Assembly (NCBI RefSeq): GCF_018977255.1 | Contig: NW_024704742.1 | Span: 29,328,001-29,392,000 of the forward strand | DNA: 64,000 nucleotides | Source of the DNA: Callorhinchus milii | Lineage: Eukaryota | Reading direction: 5' to 3' | Shown here: piece after piece, positions 1-13,629 of the stretch | How the letters are laid out: each line of letters starts with the position of its first letter | How positions within the stretch are numbered: the stretch's first letter is position 1 | The notes under the pieces: generated by a model | Told to the model about the DNA's origin: nothing | The model's input: the letters and a program-made list of their open reading frames with translations, nothing else | Database searches by the model: none | Program-made: the position numbers and the translations under genes

Positions 1-1045
1 ACGTTGCTCACAAACTTAATTATACAAATCCTGCAAAAAGAACTTCACATTCATCTCTCCAAATAAAAGCAGTTTAATCCCGAGCTTCTATTTCAACTTA
101 ATCCTTCTTCGTGTTCCAAACACAGTTTTTTTTAATATATAAACGAGAATTCACTCAGCACCAGTAAAAGAAAAAAAAATACTGCGTGCACACAGTGTTA
201 TTTAAACAAATGCCGCCACTGCAGTTGATTGCAAAAGGCAGCATCCCCGGTTTTAAAAAGGCCCAGTGTCACCAGCGATTTCCTGCACACTAGTAACCAA
301 TTCCTATCCTCCACAGGTTCTTGGGCTCCCAGGACCCCAGGGTCAAATAGATCCAATCCTGTCACAGTTCTAATGACAAGCACGACTGGCCTGATTCGAT
401 CAGGCAAGTTTCACCACTTAAGGTTGATGAAGAAAAATATTCCTGGTTCAAAATGTTTTTTAAAAAAAAAGTGGCTTTCATTGCAAGATGAGGGCAGGTT
501 ACATTGCTCCCACCACAGCACTGCTACCTGCTTAACAAGCACCTTTTTCTTTGGGGTGGGGGGGGGGGGCGGGGAAGGAATTTTTTTACTTGCACTGACA
601 ATGGCATGAAGACACAGCGGGCTTTTTTAAGAAAAAATTGTGCAGTATTCATGCTACAAAACCAAATCATAAACGCTAGTTTAGTGTTTCCAGAAATTCT
701 TTAGTGTAGGTTCAAAAATGTAGTGAAACTCTTATGGTCCCTTATTGTTTGCGAATTGATGATGCTTTCCACCTGCATCTCAATTTCATTGACGTCTCTT
801 GTATTGGTTCCTATTTTGTTTGTTTTTCTTTTTTTTTGAAAAAAAGAGACTGTTTCTTTGTCAGCATTTGATGGCGTGGCTCAAACCCCGCCTTGAACCG
901 TTGGGACGGCAAAAAAAATAATTAAAAGGAAGAGTTCGTTGCCCGCTGAGAACGTTCCTTTTTTTAAAAAAAAGTCTTGCATACGACCAAAGTTTCTTCC
1001 TTTTTTTAAAAAAAACAAAACAAAATCAAGTTCTTTTTCAGCTGG
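1..1045 (-). other. ELF2: ELF2 3'UTR (probably continues beyond the window start)
   Basis: Lies downstream of the stop codon and is U/A-tract rich. No canonical minus-strand AATAAA found; ATTAAA variants near 73 and 131. Confidence 0.7.
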
Positions 1046-1682
1046 TTATTTTTCTCCCGTCACCGTCGATTCTGCCTCTGTTTTGGACGTCAAAGGAAGG
1101 GCAATGGCCGACGGCGTGTTGACGACAACCCAGCGAGTCAAAGTCTTGCTGCCCTCCACAATTCGCTCCACTTCCTTGATCACGGGCAGGTTGTGCAGCT
1201 CTGCCCCCACCTTCCCTCTCTGCCCTTGCTGCCTCATCTCCGGTCCTTTGATGACCGCTGTGATGACTTGAGGAGCACTTTGGCCTCCTGCCTGCTGGGC
1301 GGGCACTGCTAGCCTCATGACCGGCGTGCCCCCCGCCACCGACACGGGGGACAGAGCTTGAATGGCTGTCGCCGCCCCCACCACATTAATGCCGCCGGAC
1401 GTAGCCAGGCCTGCCTTTGTCTGTAAGTGGCACTGGGCTATCTGTGCCACGGGGATGGTGATGATTTTGGTGGGCTGCATCGCGATTTTGTCGCCATTCT
1501 CTGCCGTGCCGGCGGGCACCATGGTAGGAATAGTCTGGATGACCACCTTCGGGGTCGAGCCAGTGGTGTTTGTACTGGTTATTACCGTGGAAACAGGATT
1601 CAGCGTCTGGACGGCCATCGTTGAAAACTTCTGCCCCGAGGAGGTCATGACGACAGGCACTTGCATTGCCACCCGTAAGGTT
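1046..1682 (-). CDS. ELF2: ELF2 last coding exon (R TLRVAMQVPVVMTS...KTEAESTVTGEK*)
   Basis: Matches the ELF2 C-terminus (RVAMQVPVVMTS, PKVVIQTIPT, ENGDKI.MQP.KIITIP, PSAIALP..KTE...EK*). TAA at 1046-1048. The acceptor is a CAGCAGCAG triplet, so the exon could begin at 1682, 1685 or 1688. Confidence 0.95.
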
Positions 1683-3584
1683 CTGCTGCTGGCAGAGAAA
1701 ACAAAAATTGACAAATTAGCAATAATTACCCATTTCCCTTCAGGTTTCGAGTTCCACTTACTGTGAAGTCTCATTCTTTTCTGGAATGCATATAAGACAG
1801 GTGCTTAATGTCAGCCTGACTCAGTGGGTAACCCTCTTTTCTCTAAGGCAGAAGGTTGTCGGTATAAAATATGATAAACTGCTAATAGCTCGTCATTCCA
1901 AGGGAAAAGGGTTCAGTGACAAGTTATGCTGAGAGGCAAGTTAAACATGCGTATAAATACATAAATGCGTATGCAATATTTTGAGATGACTGGCCAATCC
2001 CGTTGCCGGATGGAGCCTGAATGCTGGTGGCCGGGGCTTTATTTTTTCTAGTTATATAATAATCCTTGCATTTGATATTGCACTTTTCACGTCTTCGAGA
2101 CGTCTCAAAGCACTTCACAGAATACACTGTAAAGTGAATTGACTATATTTGTGGGCGAAACGCGGCAGCCAATTGCACATAGCAATGCCCCACAAACAGT
2201 CGTGGATTGAGTGACCAAATTATTATTGTATTTTTTTTTCATTTCATCAGAATTCTTACAGTCCAGAGATGGGCTCTCCCATCAAACTGTAACAGTAACT
2301 GTCAAGTGTATAAATAGTTTCAGCAATTCAGAAAAAGATTCCTAGGATGAAAGATAATATGGCTGACAAAACAACTAACCAAATAACATTCTACTGTGCT
2401 TTGGAAGTCCGAAACTCAAATCCATGCGAAATATGGGAGACCTGTTGATTTTACAGTATATACCAATGGGAGTTCGGGAGTCCTAATGCCAAGCTAAAAT
2501 TCATCCTCAGGATGCATGCACAAAGACAAATTTGTTTATCTCTACCTCAAGCTGATCCTTATCCAGGATTCATGATTGCTCCACCCAATTCAGATAATTG
2601 TTAATAGTAGTTAATAGTTTCAGCCTTTAATATTTTATTAGTTTTCCCTTTGAGTCGAATTATGTCTTTTTTTTCTCTCTCATATTCGCTTTTAGTCAGG
2701 TGGCCTATTCGCTTTAGTCAAGAGTTCTGGAACGTTACCCTGCTTGAGAGGCGCTATACAAGTGCAAGTTGTTGTTGTGTGCAAAACCTAATTACCAAAT
2801 CATGATACAATGTCAATACCGGGATTTAATAATAATAATTGTTTAATTTGATATAGCGCCTTATCTATCATGTCGTCGAAAAGTCTCAAAGCACTTCACA
2901 GGAATCTTACTAAGCGTAATGACCGTATAAGTTTATAGACGGACGTAGATTGTAGATTTCTCCCTTCCCCAGCCCAGGAATCAGCTGCCAATTGTGGTGT
3001 CACAACTGTTGCCTTAGTGCCTTTGAACATGCATTACATTGCAATAATTCATACCATCAGCGCACTGCCCCCTTCACATGAGACATTAAGTTCAGGCTTA
3101 CAAAGAGCAGTGCCACTTAGAAAGGCTGCAGCTGAAATCACTGCCTGAGGCAACTTCAGAATGATATCTATGCTTCGTGATAATCGCAGCTACACTGATG
3201 GGAGTCGAGAATTCTTTACTTGGGACAAATAAGCTCCAATTAAAAGCTTTTAAAATCTGATCTACTGTTTCCTACCAGGTATTCAGGGTGCAGTAACTGG
3301 GTGCACATTGGTACTGTGATATGCACCTTCCCCATAAAGGGAAACTATGGCTCTATTTATTATAAAATATAGAGACACACATCCCTTTCGGGTGGTGAAA
3401 GTGTTAAAATGCTGGAATTATGTGGAAACAAGATAAACCGGATTTTGGAGCTCATGGAATTAGCTTTTTATTAAAAATGAAACCTAAACAAAGTGATAAC
3501 ATGCCATTATTTATCATCCTCACATCCTCCACACAATGTAGCATTTAAGTCCACCAAATTGTGGACTGCTGGAACTTTTATGAT

Positions 3585-3880
3585 AATAATAATCCTTGCG
3601 TTTGATATAGTGCCTTATCACGTCTTCGAGACGCCTCAAAGCGCTTCACAGAATAACAAAAGGAATTGACTGTATATTTTGTGGGCAAAACGTGGCAGCC
3701 AATTGCACTCAGCAATGTCCCACAAACAGTGACCAGTTTATTATTGAAGTGACCAGTTTATTATTTTTTTAAGAGGAATTATTACCCCCAGAAAAGTGAT
3801 CCACCAATCGACTAACAACCGAGTTCCTACTCACTGCTCGGTAAACAAGAGGCGTGTGGAGTAAGGAAACTTGATAGCAT
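3585..3880 (-). mobile_element. SINE, 5'-truncated. Further partial copies at about 2053-2230, 41913-42095, 48665-48792, 51495-51735, 59470-59668 and 61075-61190.
   Basis: Tail and Deu domain match the family. Confidence 0.8.
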
Positions 3881-5216
3881 TTAACCTTGAAGAAATCCCT
3901 GTGCTCCTCTGACATATCACTTGACCCTCCAGGTTAGACACACAAACGGAGTTAACTCCTCCCACAGGCAGTTTCCAGTTTGTTTACTGCAAGGCAATAA
4001 ACCTGGCAAGATTCACAGAACTACTTCATCTCCAAAGCTAAGCAGCTGCCACGTTCCACCATAAAAAGTGCCAAATTTAAAAACAATTCAGATCAAAGGC
4101 CACAGGTCCATTTGTTCTAAGATTTTTTTTAAAAAACATCGAGTTTTCATGAGTACGGGTCATGGCAAGTTGCCCGCGCAAATCTGTTGCAACACATAAT
4201 CCTGGGATTCCCTTCAAGAGGTTTCAAGGCTTCTACCTACGCAAAGCTTTACTTGAAATTGTTTAACTAGAGAGAACAGAGTATCCCAAACGTAGGAAAT
4301 CCTCCACACGTCAGTGCACAGTGTGCATGAATTTCTTTCCTCTTAGTTTTACAAACTGGGGGGTAAAATCTGCAATAAAGTGAGATTTCCTCGAGTTAAA
4401 TAGGGAACATTTAATGATCACCAGCAGGTGGCACTCCCTCTCCACTTAGGTAGAATTGTTCTCTTGCAGCCTCATCCGACACCATTTGTTTTTTATATTT
4501 TGATTTTTTTTAATAAATTGGTTTTTTAAATGCGTTTCGAGTTTCTGGGGCAACTTTAATGTTCCTTTTTTTTTGGTCAATGTTTCCTGGGCTCGATCAA
4601 GCAGGTAGTGCCCTCCTTCCCAAGCTCGGAAATAACTTTTAAAGAGATCGTCAGCTTAGGCCTAGCTTTGGCATGAATTCTTCTCCCCTCCTTTCCAGTG
4701 AGCTGGAAGAGAACAAATCATCTTACCCAGAGAAGCAAGTGCCATCTCGTGGTAGTTATCAAAACTTTTGTTATTTAGCCCAAGGAAGGCTGTAAAATTA
4801 CCAAAATTTTGCCCTTGGTTTTACCCGAGTCTAGAAACCAGATTATATAAATCAGGGCTTGTTGAAACAGGTCCTGATGAAGTTTCCTGAAGTGGCACAA
4901 AGGCAGGAGTGAGAAGGTGGAAGCTGGGTGACTAGGTGACTAGCATTCTGTTCACTTTCGTGCTAGTTAAAAACATTGTATATTACCAATGGCTGGGTTC
5001 CAACAAAAGTGGTAAAGCCTTAACTAGAACCATATCCCCAAATAACGTGTCACAAGCACTAGAAAAGGAGGGCCAACTGAGTCTTTCAGCCCAGTTAGGT
5101 TCCTGAGCTATCCCACTGCACCACACAAGTTCCTCAGCTTTAGGCTGGTGTTCAACAAACCTCTCGTAATTGCATAGTTATTTAATGTAATACCCATGTG
5201 CCTGGGATCTACTAAC

Positions 5217-5597
5217 CTGGGAACAGTTGTGGTTATGACTGGAAGGGACGTTGTAGTCATATGAGACAGGATTCCACCTTGACCAACCGGTGAGACCTTC
5301 ACTGTTGCCATTTTGCCCAGCTTCACAACACTTTGCTGAGCTCCGCTCCGAGGACTTCTCGAAGCCGCCGTCGTTGTCTTTACCAATATGGACGAGGAGA
5401 TGCTGTCTGCAGAGATGGGAGTTGTCGCTACTGGGCTGCCAATGGCAGCAGCCAGCATTTCTGATGGGTAGGGATCTTGGCTAGTAGGGTCCACTTTCTC
5501 TTCGTCAATGATGATCAAGTTTTTGGGCATCTCCTTGAACTGATAGACCAATCGCTGTCCCTCTACCTTGGCCAGAATCCCTCTTTGGTAGTAATAC
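5217..5597 (-). CDS. ELF2: ELF2 ETS domain exon 2 plus Ser/Thr-rich linker ([26 protein letters not shown]...ITTTVP)
   Basis: End of the ETS domain [20 protein letters not shown]. Acceptor ctag, donor AG|gttagt, 381 nt, phase 2 to 2. Confidence 0.95.
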
Positions 5598-7039
5598 CTA
5601 GCCAGAACAACACCAGAGTTGAAAGCCATTGTGACTACACAACACATTTAGTCCAGCCTATAAACCTCACAAGAGACATGGGTAGATGTTTCCATTATTA
5701 ATTCCCCAACTAGTTTACGTTAAAGTGGAAACAAAGCGCTGACATCTCTTTGGAACTAACGGGTATCCACAAGCTGAGTCTGCATTCAAACAAGCTCTTT
5801 GATTCACTCATAAAGCAGCACTGTGGAAGCTGCCTCAGAGCACATGGCTCAAATCTAATCAAGGGTTGTAAAGCAAAGTGTTGATAGAATCGCTTTATTA
5901 GGTACTTGACACTTCGATTTTGTTACCTTGACATTTAACCCATTTTATTACAACTGCTGTTTGTACAGAGAAAAGCAAATGTAATAAAAGCTATGTAAAA
6001 ATGTTCCATCTCCCAAAAGCAATAGGTGACTAGCTACCACCTGTATTGCACTGGCACTTGAATCTTTATACAGAAAAACATAGCTTGTCCCAATTTTTTT
6101 TCTCACCACTGGCTTACACCTCTCTACTTCTTGTACAGTCTCTTCTTGCTGAGCTGTGAGTTCATGGGTTCTTTGCCCTGTGGTGCTCTGCCCAAGTGGC
6201 TATTGTTCTTGTATGAACCTGGGCAGTGAGTGGCAACAGACCACTTGACTGGAGAGGGTGTTACAGCTGACATCAACCCACTGGCTGCCACTCACATAAA
6301 TACACACACATAAACGGAAACACGTACACACACGTAAACAAGCACATTCACAGACGTAAACACACACACACATAAACACATACACAACCAGTAGAGGGTG
6401 GTGTAGTAGGAGCAGGCAATTAAGGGAGTGTTCCACTCCCATTTAGTACTGACTGAAACCAGCAAACTCAGCAAGGATTTGAACCAACGAGCTCCTGGTC
6501 CACAAGCTGCAGCTCTATCTACCGCACCATCAAGGCTGCACCACTATATGAGTGGCAAGCACTGTTCATTCGGTGCTTACTTACCTTCAACAGTTATCTT
6601 TATTATAAAGTTTGTATCATTGCAGAATGCAATTTTACAATAGCAAGCAGGGCTCTCCTGATGGCTCATTAGGTTAATGCACTTTGTGTCCCAGTACAAA
6701 GTCATACACAGTACAAATGCCCAGCAAATGCACAGTTTCCCAGTCTTCCCGGAATTTGCATTCCTCGGCCGAAAGGCGGCAATAGGCAAGGGCTTGGGAT
6801 AGACTTGGACCTTAGTGTCCTTGGGATGGGGGAAATAGAAGGAAATTTGCATGGATTTACACTCCCGCTCAATAATGAACTCTGTTGGAAAGTGCGTCCA
6901 CACATGTTTATATAGCACAGGCAGGCATCACGCAAGAACAGCAACTGGACTTGATTGAAATGGAAGAAAAGTGAAGGCATACTGCGAGGGTTGGCCAATA
7001 ACAATCACAGCCAGGACTGGACTCAGTAGTAAACAACTA

Positions 7040-7228
7040 CAAACTACATTTATATTGCGCCTTTCACTTTGGGAGGCCGCCCCAAGGTGCTGGACAGTCA
7101 GGGATTTGCTCCCGAGCTGGGGATTGGGATTAGAGGTGGCGGAGTGCAGGGAGTGTAGGGGTAGGAGGGTGACCAACGGCACAGTCGAAGAGGAGGCTCT
7201 TGAGACCGACCTTCAAGGAGGCGCGAGG
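7040..7228 (-). mobile_element. L2 LINE 3' end fragment
   Basis: Matches the family 3' end (cccaaggtgctggacagtcagggatttg...gagctgggg). Confidence 0.75.
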
Positions 7229-7328
7229 TAAAGTTTAGAAGCAAGTGATTTCCAAACACAAAGCCGTAAGATTGAGATACTGATAAGAGCTACAGTTTCA
7301 TTTGTGAGGCTTCACATTGTGTGCTTTA

Positions 7329-7577
<249 letters not shown>

Positions 7578-8556
7578 TCATCAGCATTTAAAGTAAAGGG
7601 AAGCAAATGTCTGCCAACTTTTCCTCTTAGGCAAAGCAACACATGGCATTCCCAGTGGACAGGATCAAGTCCTATCCCCCTTCCCCCAACTTCAACTCCT
7701 GAGATCACTGGCTGCCACGTTTCACCCACAAATACAAAGTCACTCCACTTTATAGTATATCCTGTGAAGTGTTTTGAGACGTACTGACGACTTGATCAGG
7801 CGCTATATCAAATGCAAAGATTATGATTATTATTATCATCATTTCAGCCATGCTGCGGTGCGGAGGGTAAGCTATCATGGTACAACTATCACATATCCAC
7901 TAGTGGCTAGCCAAATTGCTCCAAAGGCTGAGATTGTGAGAGCAAGTTACCGAGGCACTACCTAGATTCCGGATTCATGAACACACGCTCGTATATCCAG
8001 GGCTTGGTATCTACCTTGATCGGTATGTAGAGAGTTAAGCAATTGCTGCTCAAGCTCAGCGCCTCCAACTTGTGAAGCCATTGTTCACTGCTTAGGGACG
8101 AGTAACTGAGCTGCGGTGATAGCAAAGTCCTTTTACATTTAATGCTGAGCTGTGCTGGTCACCAAGAAGCTCACAAGGAGTTCCTGGTACCTGCCACCCC
8201 CCCTCCCCCCCGAGGGAGGCTCAAACCTGAACTTGTCAGTAACCCCCAGAGGAAGATAAAAGAAGTCAAAACACTTTCTGGAGAGAAGGGGAGGAAAGGA
8301 AACTGGCGAGCAAGAAAATCAAACCAAAGGAAAGCTGCAGGACTGCACTGCGAGGATGTTTTAATGAGCAAATGTGGGTAAATTATTTATTCTATTTTAT
8401 TCAACAACAACAGTTTAAGCGTAACTACAGACAGTATCAGCATTTTTACCTCATACTTTATGACCACCAGGACAACAGTTTTGTCATCTCTGATTCCCCA
8501 ATGTGTTATTCCCTCTGGGGACCCAGTTTATTTAGTGCGAACACTGACTGCCTTAC

Positions 8557-8643
8557 CCTTCCCTTCTCTCGCCTTCTTTTTCACAGACAGGTCCGGCGCA
8601 CTGCTAGGCAACCCCGATTGCTGGTTCTTTGGTTTTCGACCAA
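8557..8643 (-). CDS. ELF2: ELF2 shared exon (basic, NLS-like), (V)GRKPKNQQSGLPSSAPDLSVKKKAREGK
   Basis: Translated by hand. Matches ELF2 VGRKPKTQQS...KKKPREGKG. Acceptor ttgcag, donor G|gtaagg, 87 nt, phase 1 to 1. Confidence 0.95.
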
Positions 8644-9120
8644 CTGCAAGAAACATTTCAAAGCTTATTTACTACAAGTCTCGCCTACACCGAAAGCACA
8701 AGGCAAAATAGGCACTTCTAATAATCCTTGCATTTGATATAGCGCCTTTCGCATCGGGAACATGTCTTAAAATGCTTCAGTGGGTTATATTGCAAAATAA
8801 TAATAATCTTTACTTTTGATACAGTGTCTTTCACTTTGGGAAGAGGTCGCAAAGCACTTCAGAGGATTTACTGTAAAGTGTATTTTGTAGGCAAATGCAG
8901 CAGCCACTGTTACACACAGCAATGTCCCAAAACACAGGCATGAAATGAATGACCAATTTCAATTGGGGATTGTTGGCCAGGACTTTGAGTAAAACTTGCT
9001 TCTCTTTTTGAATAGTGCCTTGGGATCTTAAACTGGCAAACAAGACCTCGGTTTAATATCTCATCTGAAGGACGGCACCTCCAACAAAAATGGCATATCC
9101 TCAATGATACATTGGAGTGT

Positions 9121-9440
9121 CAACAGCAACAACAAAATTACATCTGTAAAGCGCCTTTCACGTCGGGAGGACGTCCCAAGGCGCTGGACAGACAGAGTTT
9201 CCGGCCCGAGCTGGGGGTCGTGGTCGGGGAGGGTGGAGGGCAGGGGTGAAAGCAGTGAGATCGAAAGCACGGTCGAAGGAGGGTCTTGAAGTGAGTTTTG
9301 GAAGGTGGCGAGGGAGGGGGCAAGGCGGAGGGACTGCGAGATGGAGTTCCAGAGGGTGGGGGCAGAGTGGCAGAAGGCGCGACCGCCAATAGTGGGGCGA
9401 GCGAGGCGGGGCACGTGAAGCAGGCCAGAGCCCGCTGAGT
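9121..9440 (-). mobile_element. L2 LINE 3' fragment inserted into an older SINE
   Basis: PTIGGRAFCHSAPTLWNSI plus tail; flanked on both sides by parts of a Deu/Sac-type SINE (about 8800-9120 and 9440-9540). Confidence 0.8.
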
Positions 9441-10458
9441 GTCAGGCAACACTATGAGTTCCAAGACCCGACGTAGCACTTGAACTCACAACTTTCTGAC
9501 TCACAGGCAATAGTGCTACCAACCAAGCCAGCAGACACACCTTTGGCATTGCTTCAGTAAGTTCTGACTGGAATTTAGCTAAAGGGAGTCAGTGCCGAGG
9601 AATGGGAACACTTCTCTATTTGAGTTGCACAATCTCATTTACAGCCACTGCCAGGACCGGTACATCAAAGCTCTTTCTAGTCTACACAGAGTGACTCAAC
9701 TCCAACCTCAGATACTAAATTCAGATGAACTAGACTAAGGAGAATGTGGTCTACTGTGTAGAAATTCATAAGACGTCATTAAGATTGATTCCAGAGTCAT
9801 AAATAGAGAATGTTGCCAGTAATCATAAGTGTATCAGGGCGATCCGTGCATATGCTGACAATTACCAGAATAATTCCTTATTTATTTGTGACTTGTGTCA
9901 ACATGTAAGTTGTCCTGGGCTACAGTCTTGTGCCCAAAGTGGAAATGGGCTGAAACCATCCAACCTCATTGCACTTAGGATTTTCAAATGCAGGGAGAGG
10001 AAACATTCATCCACGAACGTTCCAGCTCCTTGAGACTTCCTCCCGACATGAGAGGCACTATACAAATGTAATTTTGTTGTTGTTGTTGTTGTGATGAATC
10101 CAAGGCCAGATTCAAAACAAGGTCCCTAAGGTGAAAGGTCAGAATTACATTAAAATCTTTCTGTACAAAAAGACACTATTCAGCCCATGTTTTTATAAAT
10201 CGACCATTGGTTTTACGAATCTCACTTTGCACCTCCTTCTTACCACAACCTTTGGTTTACTGCCGAGGTGTTTATCCAGGTCAGTTTTGAACGATGAGTT
10301 CTACCCCAATCCCCAACTTCCAAACGTTCGAGCAAAAAAAACTAAATCAGTCTTTCTAAGACACGGTTCATTCATGCCCTACAATAATAAAACCGCAAGA
10401 TAAGGAACATTTTGTGAGCTGGAAAATAAATAAGCAGCATGATAAAGTAACAGCACAC

Positions 10459-10632
10459 CTTTCTTTTTCTTGGCTGGCTCTGGGGCTTCCAGTATCGGAA
10501 GTGCAGGCGACGTGTCCATGGGCTCAGACTCTTCTGTCGATACTTCCACGACAGTCTCTGTGATGACGTCGGGCCTCATGGCAGCGTGAACGAACTCGGG
10601 GGTTGACACACACGGTGGAACAAACACCTGAA
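10459..10632 (-). CDS. ELF2: ELF2 shared exon, (V)QVFVPPCVSTPEFVHAAMRPDVITETVVEVSTEESEPMDTSPALPILEAPEPAKKKK
   Basis: Near identity to human ELF2 VFVPPCVSTPEFIHAAMRPDVITETVVEVSTEESEPMDTSP, which distinguishes ELF2 from ELF1/ELF4. Acceptor tgcag, donor G|gtgtgc, 174 nt, phase 1 to 1. Confidence 0.96.
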
Positions 10633-13512
10633 CTGCATTGAAGACGTGCGAAAAAATACCATCAACAAACTGCTCCTTCTGCTGCTGCTTTTACACTCAA
10701 AATTCATCAAAGGTCAAACCTAGAGCTTTTTTTCTACCTGTAGAACCTGAAACAATTCATCACGCCCAGCGGGTGAACAAAACGCCATTTGATATCCTGA
10801 CACGGTATTAATCTGCAATTTGTCCCTCTTACGTTTTCATCAACAGTAACGTGTTACGCTGACACGACCCAGCAGTGTTGCACAAATAAACTCTACAGGC
10901 ATGAATTTCCACCTGGTCTTCACATTAAAAGTATTGTCTTACTACTTACTCTGCAGAATTTCGGAAAAATCCTAAATTCAGTCTCAATTTGGAAACGACT
11001 TTAAATCGACATTGAACAAGAGGCAACATTTTAGGATTGCAATTTCAATCCCTTGTTGCAAGTGAGCGTATTTTGACTGAAATTCTTTTCATACAAAGGA
11101 GAGCAAAGATTCAGCTCTTGATCACTGAGTCAGTACGATTTGCAGTGTCAGTGGACGTCAAACTTGTCTGCATAGACAATATAGACCCTCAGGCATTTAA
11201 CTTAATGAAAGCCTGGCTTCATAAATGGAGAATCATATCTATCTTATAACTAAACTTTAAGAATCAATCCTACTTTATAACTAACTGTACATCCATAGTT
11301 GTAATCTAACATATTTTTATCTGGAAGGTTTTAATTTCATGCAATTGCTGGAATTTCCAATTATAAAGAGTGTGAAGAAAGGACGAATTTCTGCTGAATT
11401 TGAATTTCGGTTGAAATGCAATGTAGGAAAACAGAACAAAAATGATTGGATAGCAGAGGATTTACAATCTTTTTTCGAAAATATATTTTACGTAGAATTA
11501 TATGGCATGGAAACAGGCCATTTGGCCCAACTAGTGTTTATTCTCCACACCTCCCCACACTCTCTCTCCAGCTCTCTATTTGAAAGTATAATTTCACAAC
11601 TCTCTTCTACCCCTCTTTGGGCAGTCTCTTCTCCCTCATGTGGGCATCAAGTTCTCCCTCAACTACATTGATGCTTTTTGCTTCAACCACAGCTTGTCAC
11701 GGAGTTCCACATTCTCACCAACATCTGTGTGAAGTTCCTCCTAAACTTGCTATTAAATCTACTATTGCCTTAAATATATATAACATTTCTAATTTTGCAC
11801 AAAAACAGTGTGAAACTAGAATAGAATGGCTAAATGAAATTGGCGGGAGGGGGTAACATTCCAGAAGCATTTCTTCCCAACATTTGATTCAAGAAACTGT
11901 AGTGCAATCTTAATCTATGGTGCAATTTTAAGAACAGAGTGGTAACCCAGCACTTTGGGTAAGATGCACCAAACTGCACTAAGTAAGAATTATTAGCCTT
12001 AAATATACTTATTCTCTTTCAATTACTCTTTTTAAAAGAATTAATGTAAATGCACAACAGCACGACAAAATGTATAAATTTTATTTTTGTCAAGCATAAC
12101 AACCATTTGCTTTTACATAGCGCCTTCCACACAGGGTAGAGCCTCGAAGCACTTATAAGCATAAGGAGCTGTAGAACATTTGAGAATGCTACAAACAAAG
12201 CAACATACACAAGCTGGAATTTCACATTAGCTGCAACACTTGGCTGTTGCTTTTGCAGATTTGGCATTGCAACAGTGGCATTCCTGACGTACAAAACATT
12301 ATCAAACTGGAAGTCGCTGGTCTGCGTTACTTCAGTGACTTTTTGAGCCTCTCTTGGGAGACTATAATTTCACAACCAGAAATTACCCTGTATCTAAACA
12401 GTAGCCAGTTTGGAGAACTAAAATGCCACCCTTGATATAAAGTTGGGCACCATTTATCTCTTTACAAAATGGGCTTTTATAAAGAGAGGGGCTTGAGGTT
12501 CAGTGAAATGTATTTGCACACCAAGCTCTGGAAGCAAACCCTTTCAACAACACAGACACAGAAATGCTCCAATCCTCCCCACACAACACAGTGAAAACCA
12601 ACTGCAAGGCGGACAACCTACCATCATCGCGATTGATTTTTAGCTAAATGTAAAGGTTTAAATCTAATTAACTGGATCTATTTGCTGCTTCAATCAATCA
12701 ATCAATGAAAGAAACAAAACACAATTTCTGTGACGTTACTCGCAGAGCGAGAATATCAGCCACTGAAAAGTGACCCAAGATCCCCACTTCAACACACAAG
12801 TCGCCTGAGGAGCACTCTAACCACTAAGCCACAAGACTCCAGTAGTAAAAGCTGGAGATACACAAGGAATCCTTAGTAGCAGAAAGCAGGTTTGCCACTT
12901 TTTCTCTAGCTTTTCCAATTGCATACTCCATCGACTTGTCCCCCTTATCCAAAAGCTTTACCCCCACCTGCTGCAAGTGTGAAGCATCCTCCTGACCATG
13001 CAAGTTCATCGGATATTTCCCAAATGGTTCCAACACTCCAAAGTTCACGTTGTACAGATTTCCACACATCTCCGTGACAGCACAGACCTATGGATTTTTA
13101 GAATTACACTGCAAGCTTCCCAGGTTTGTGATCAATAATAATGTAACCTCTGTGCAGCATTCTGCAAATGTATTAAATGTCAAGCCAAGTTCAGGAGAAA
13201 CCCTTTGCCTTCACTCTGTGTTTGGGTTAAAAGACAACACTTAAGTACACAGATTTTGAGTGAAAATCCATTCATATTCACAAGACGGTAACAATTTACA
13301 AAGCTAAAGGTTCTGTTTCACATCAGGGAAAGACCAATACACACGTCAGTTAGAAATCTGCTTAATAATATAATAGCCATCATTATCATTATCAGAGAAA
13401 CCTGCTGAAGTAGGTGAAAGCTTAAAAAAAGTAAAGATTGGTTTAAACAAAAACTCTATTAAAAAAAGAATCAAATTTTCCCTTCAAAACTTGCCCAAAT
13501 AGGAATACGTAC

Positions 13513-13629
13513 CAGAGTTCTTGTCATCTCTCAGGATGGTCGGAGAATCCATATGAAGCAGTGCCTCAGCTGCCTCGATGGTCTTGTCTGTGCAGTGTAC
13601 GACATTGCTGCTGTGGACCGATGCTTCCA
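13513..13629 (-). CDS. ELF2: ELF2 shared exon, (V)EASVHSSNVVHCTDKTIEAAEALLHMDSPTILRDDKNS
   Basis: Conserved ELF motif DKTIEAAEALLHM. Acceptor ttcacag, donor G|gtacgt, 117 nt, phase 1 to 1. Confidence 0.96.

Noticed and set aside
939..1766. Plus-strand ORFs of 110 and 134 aa
   Set aside because: Antisense shadows of the last ELF2 coding exon.
1689..1774. N-terminal part of the 242-aa ORF (MRLHSKW...); likewise the extensions of ORFs 5108-5647, 7326-7550, 10379-10627 and 43669-43998
   Set aside because: These are intronic or UTR read-through beyond the splice sites; only the exon portions match ELF2.
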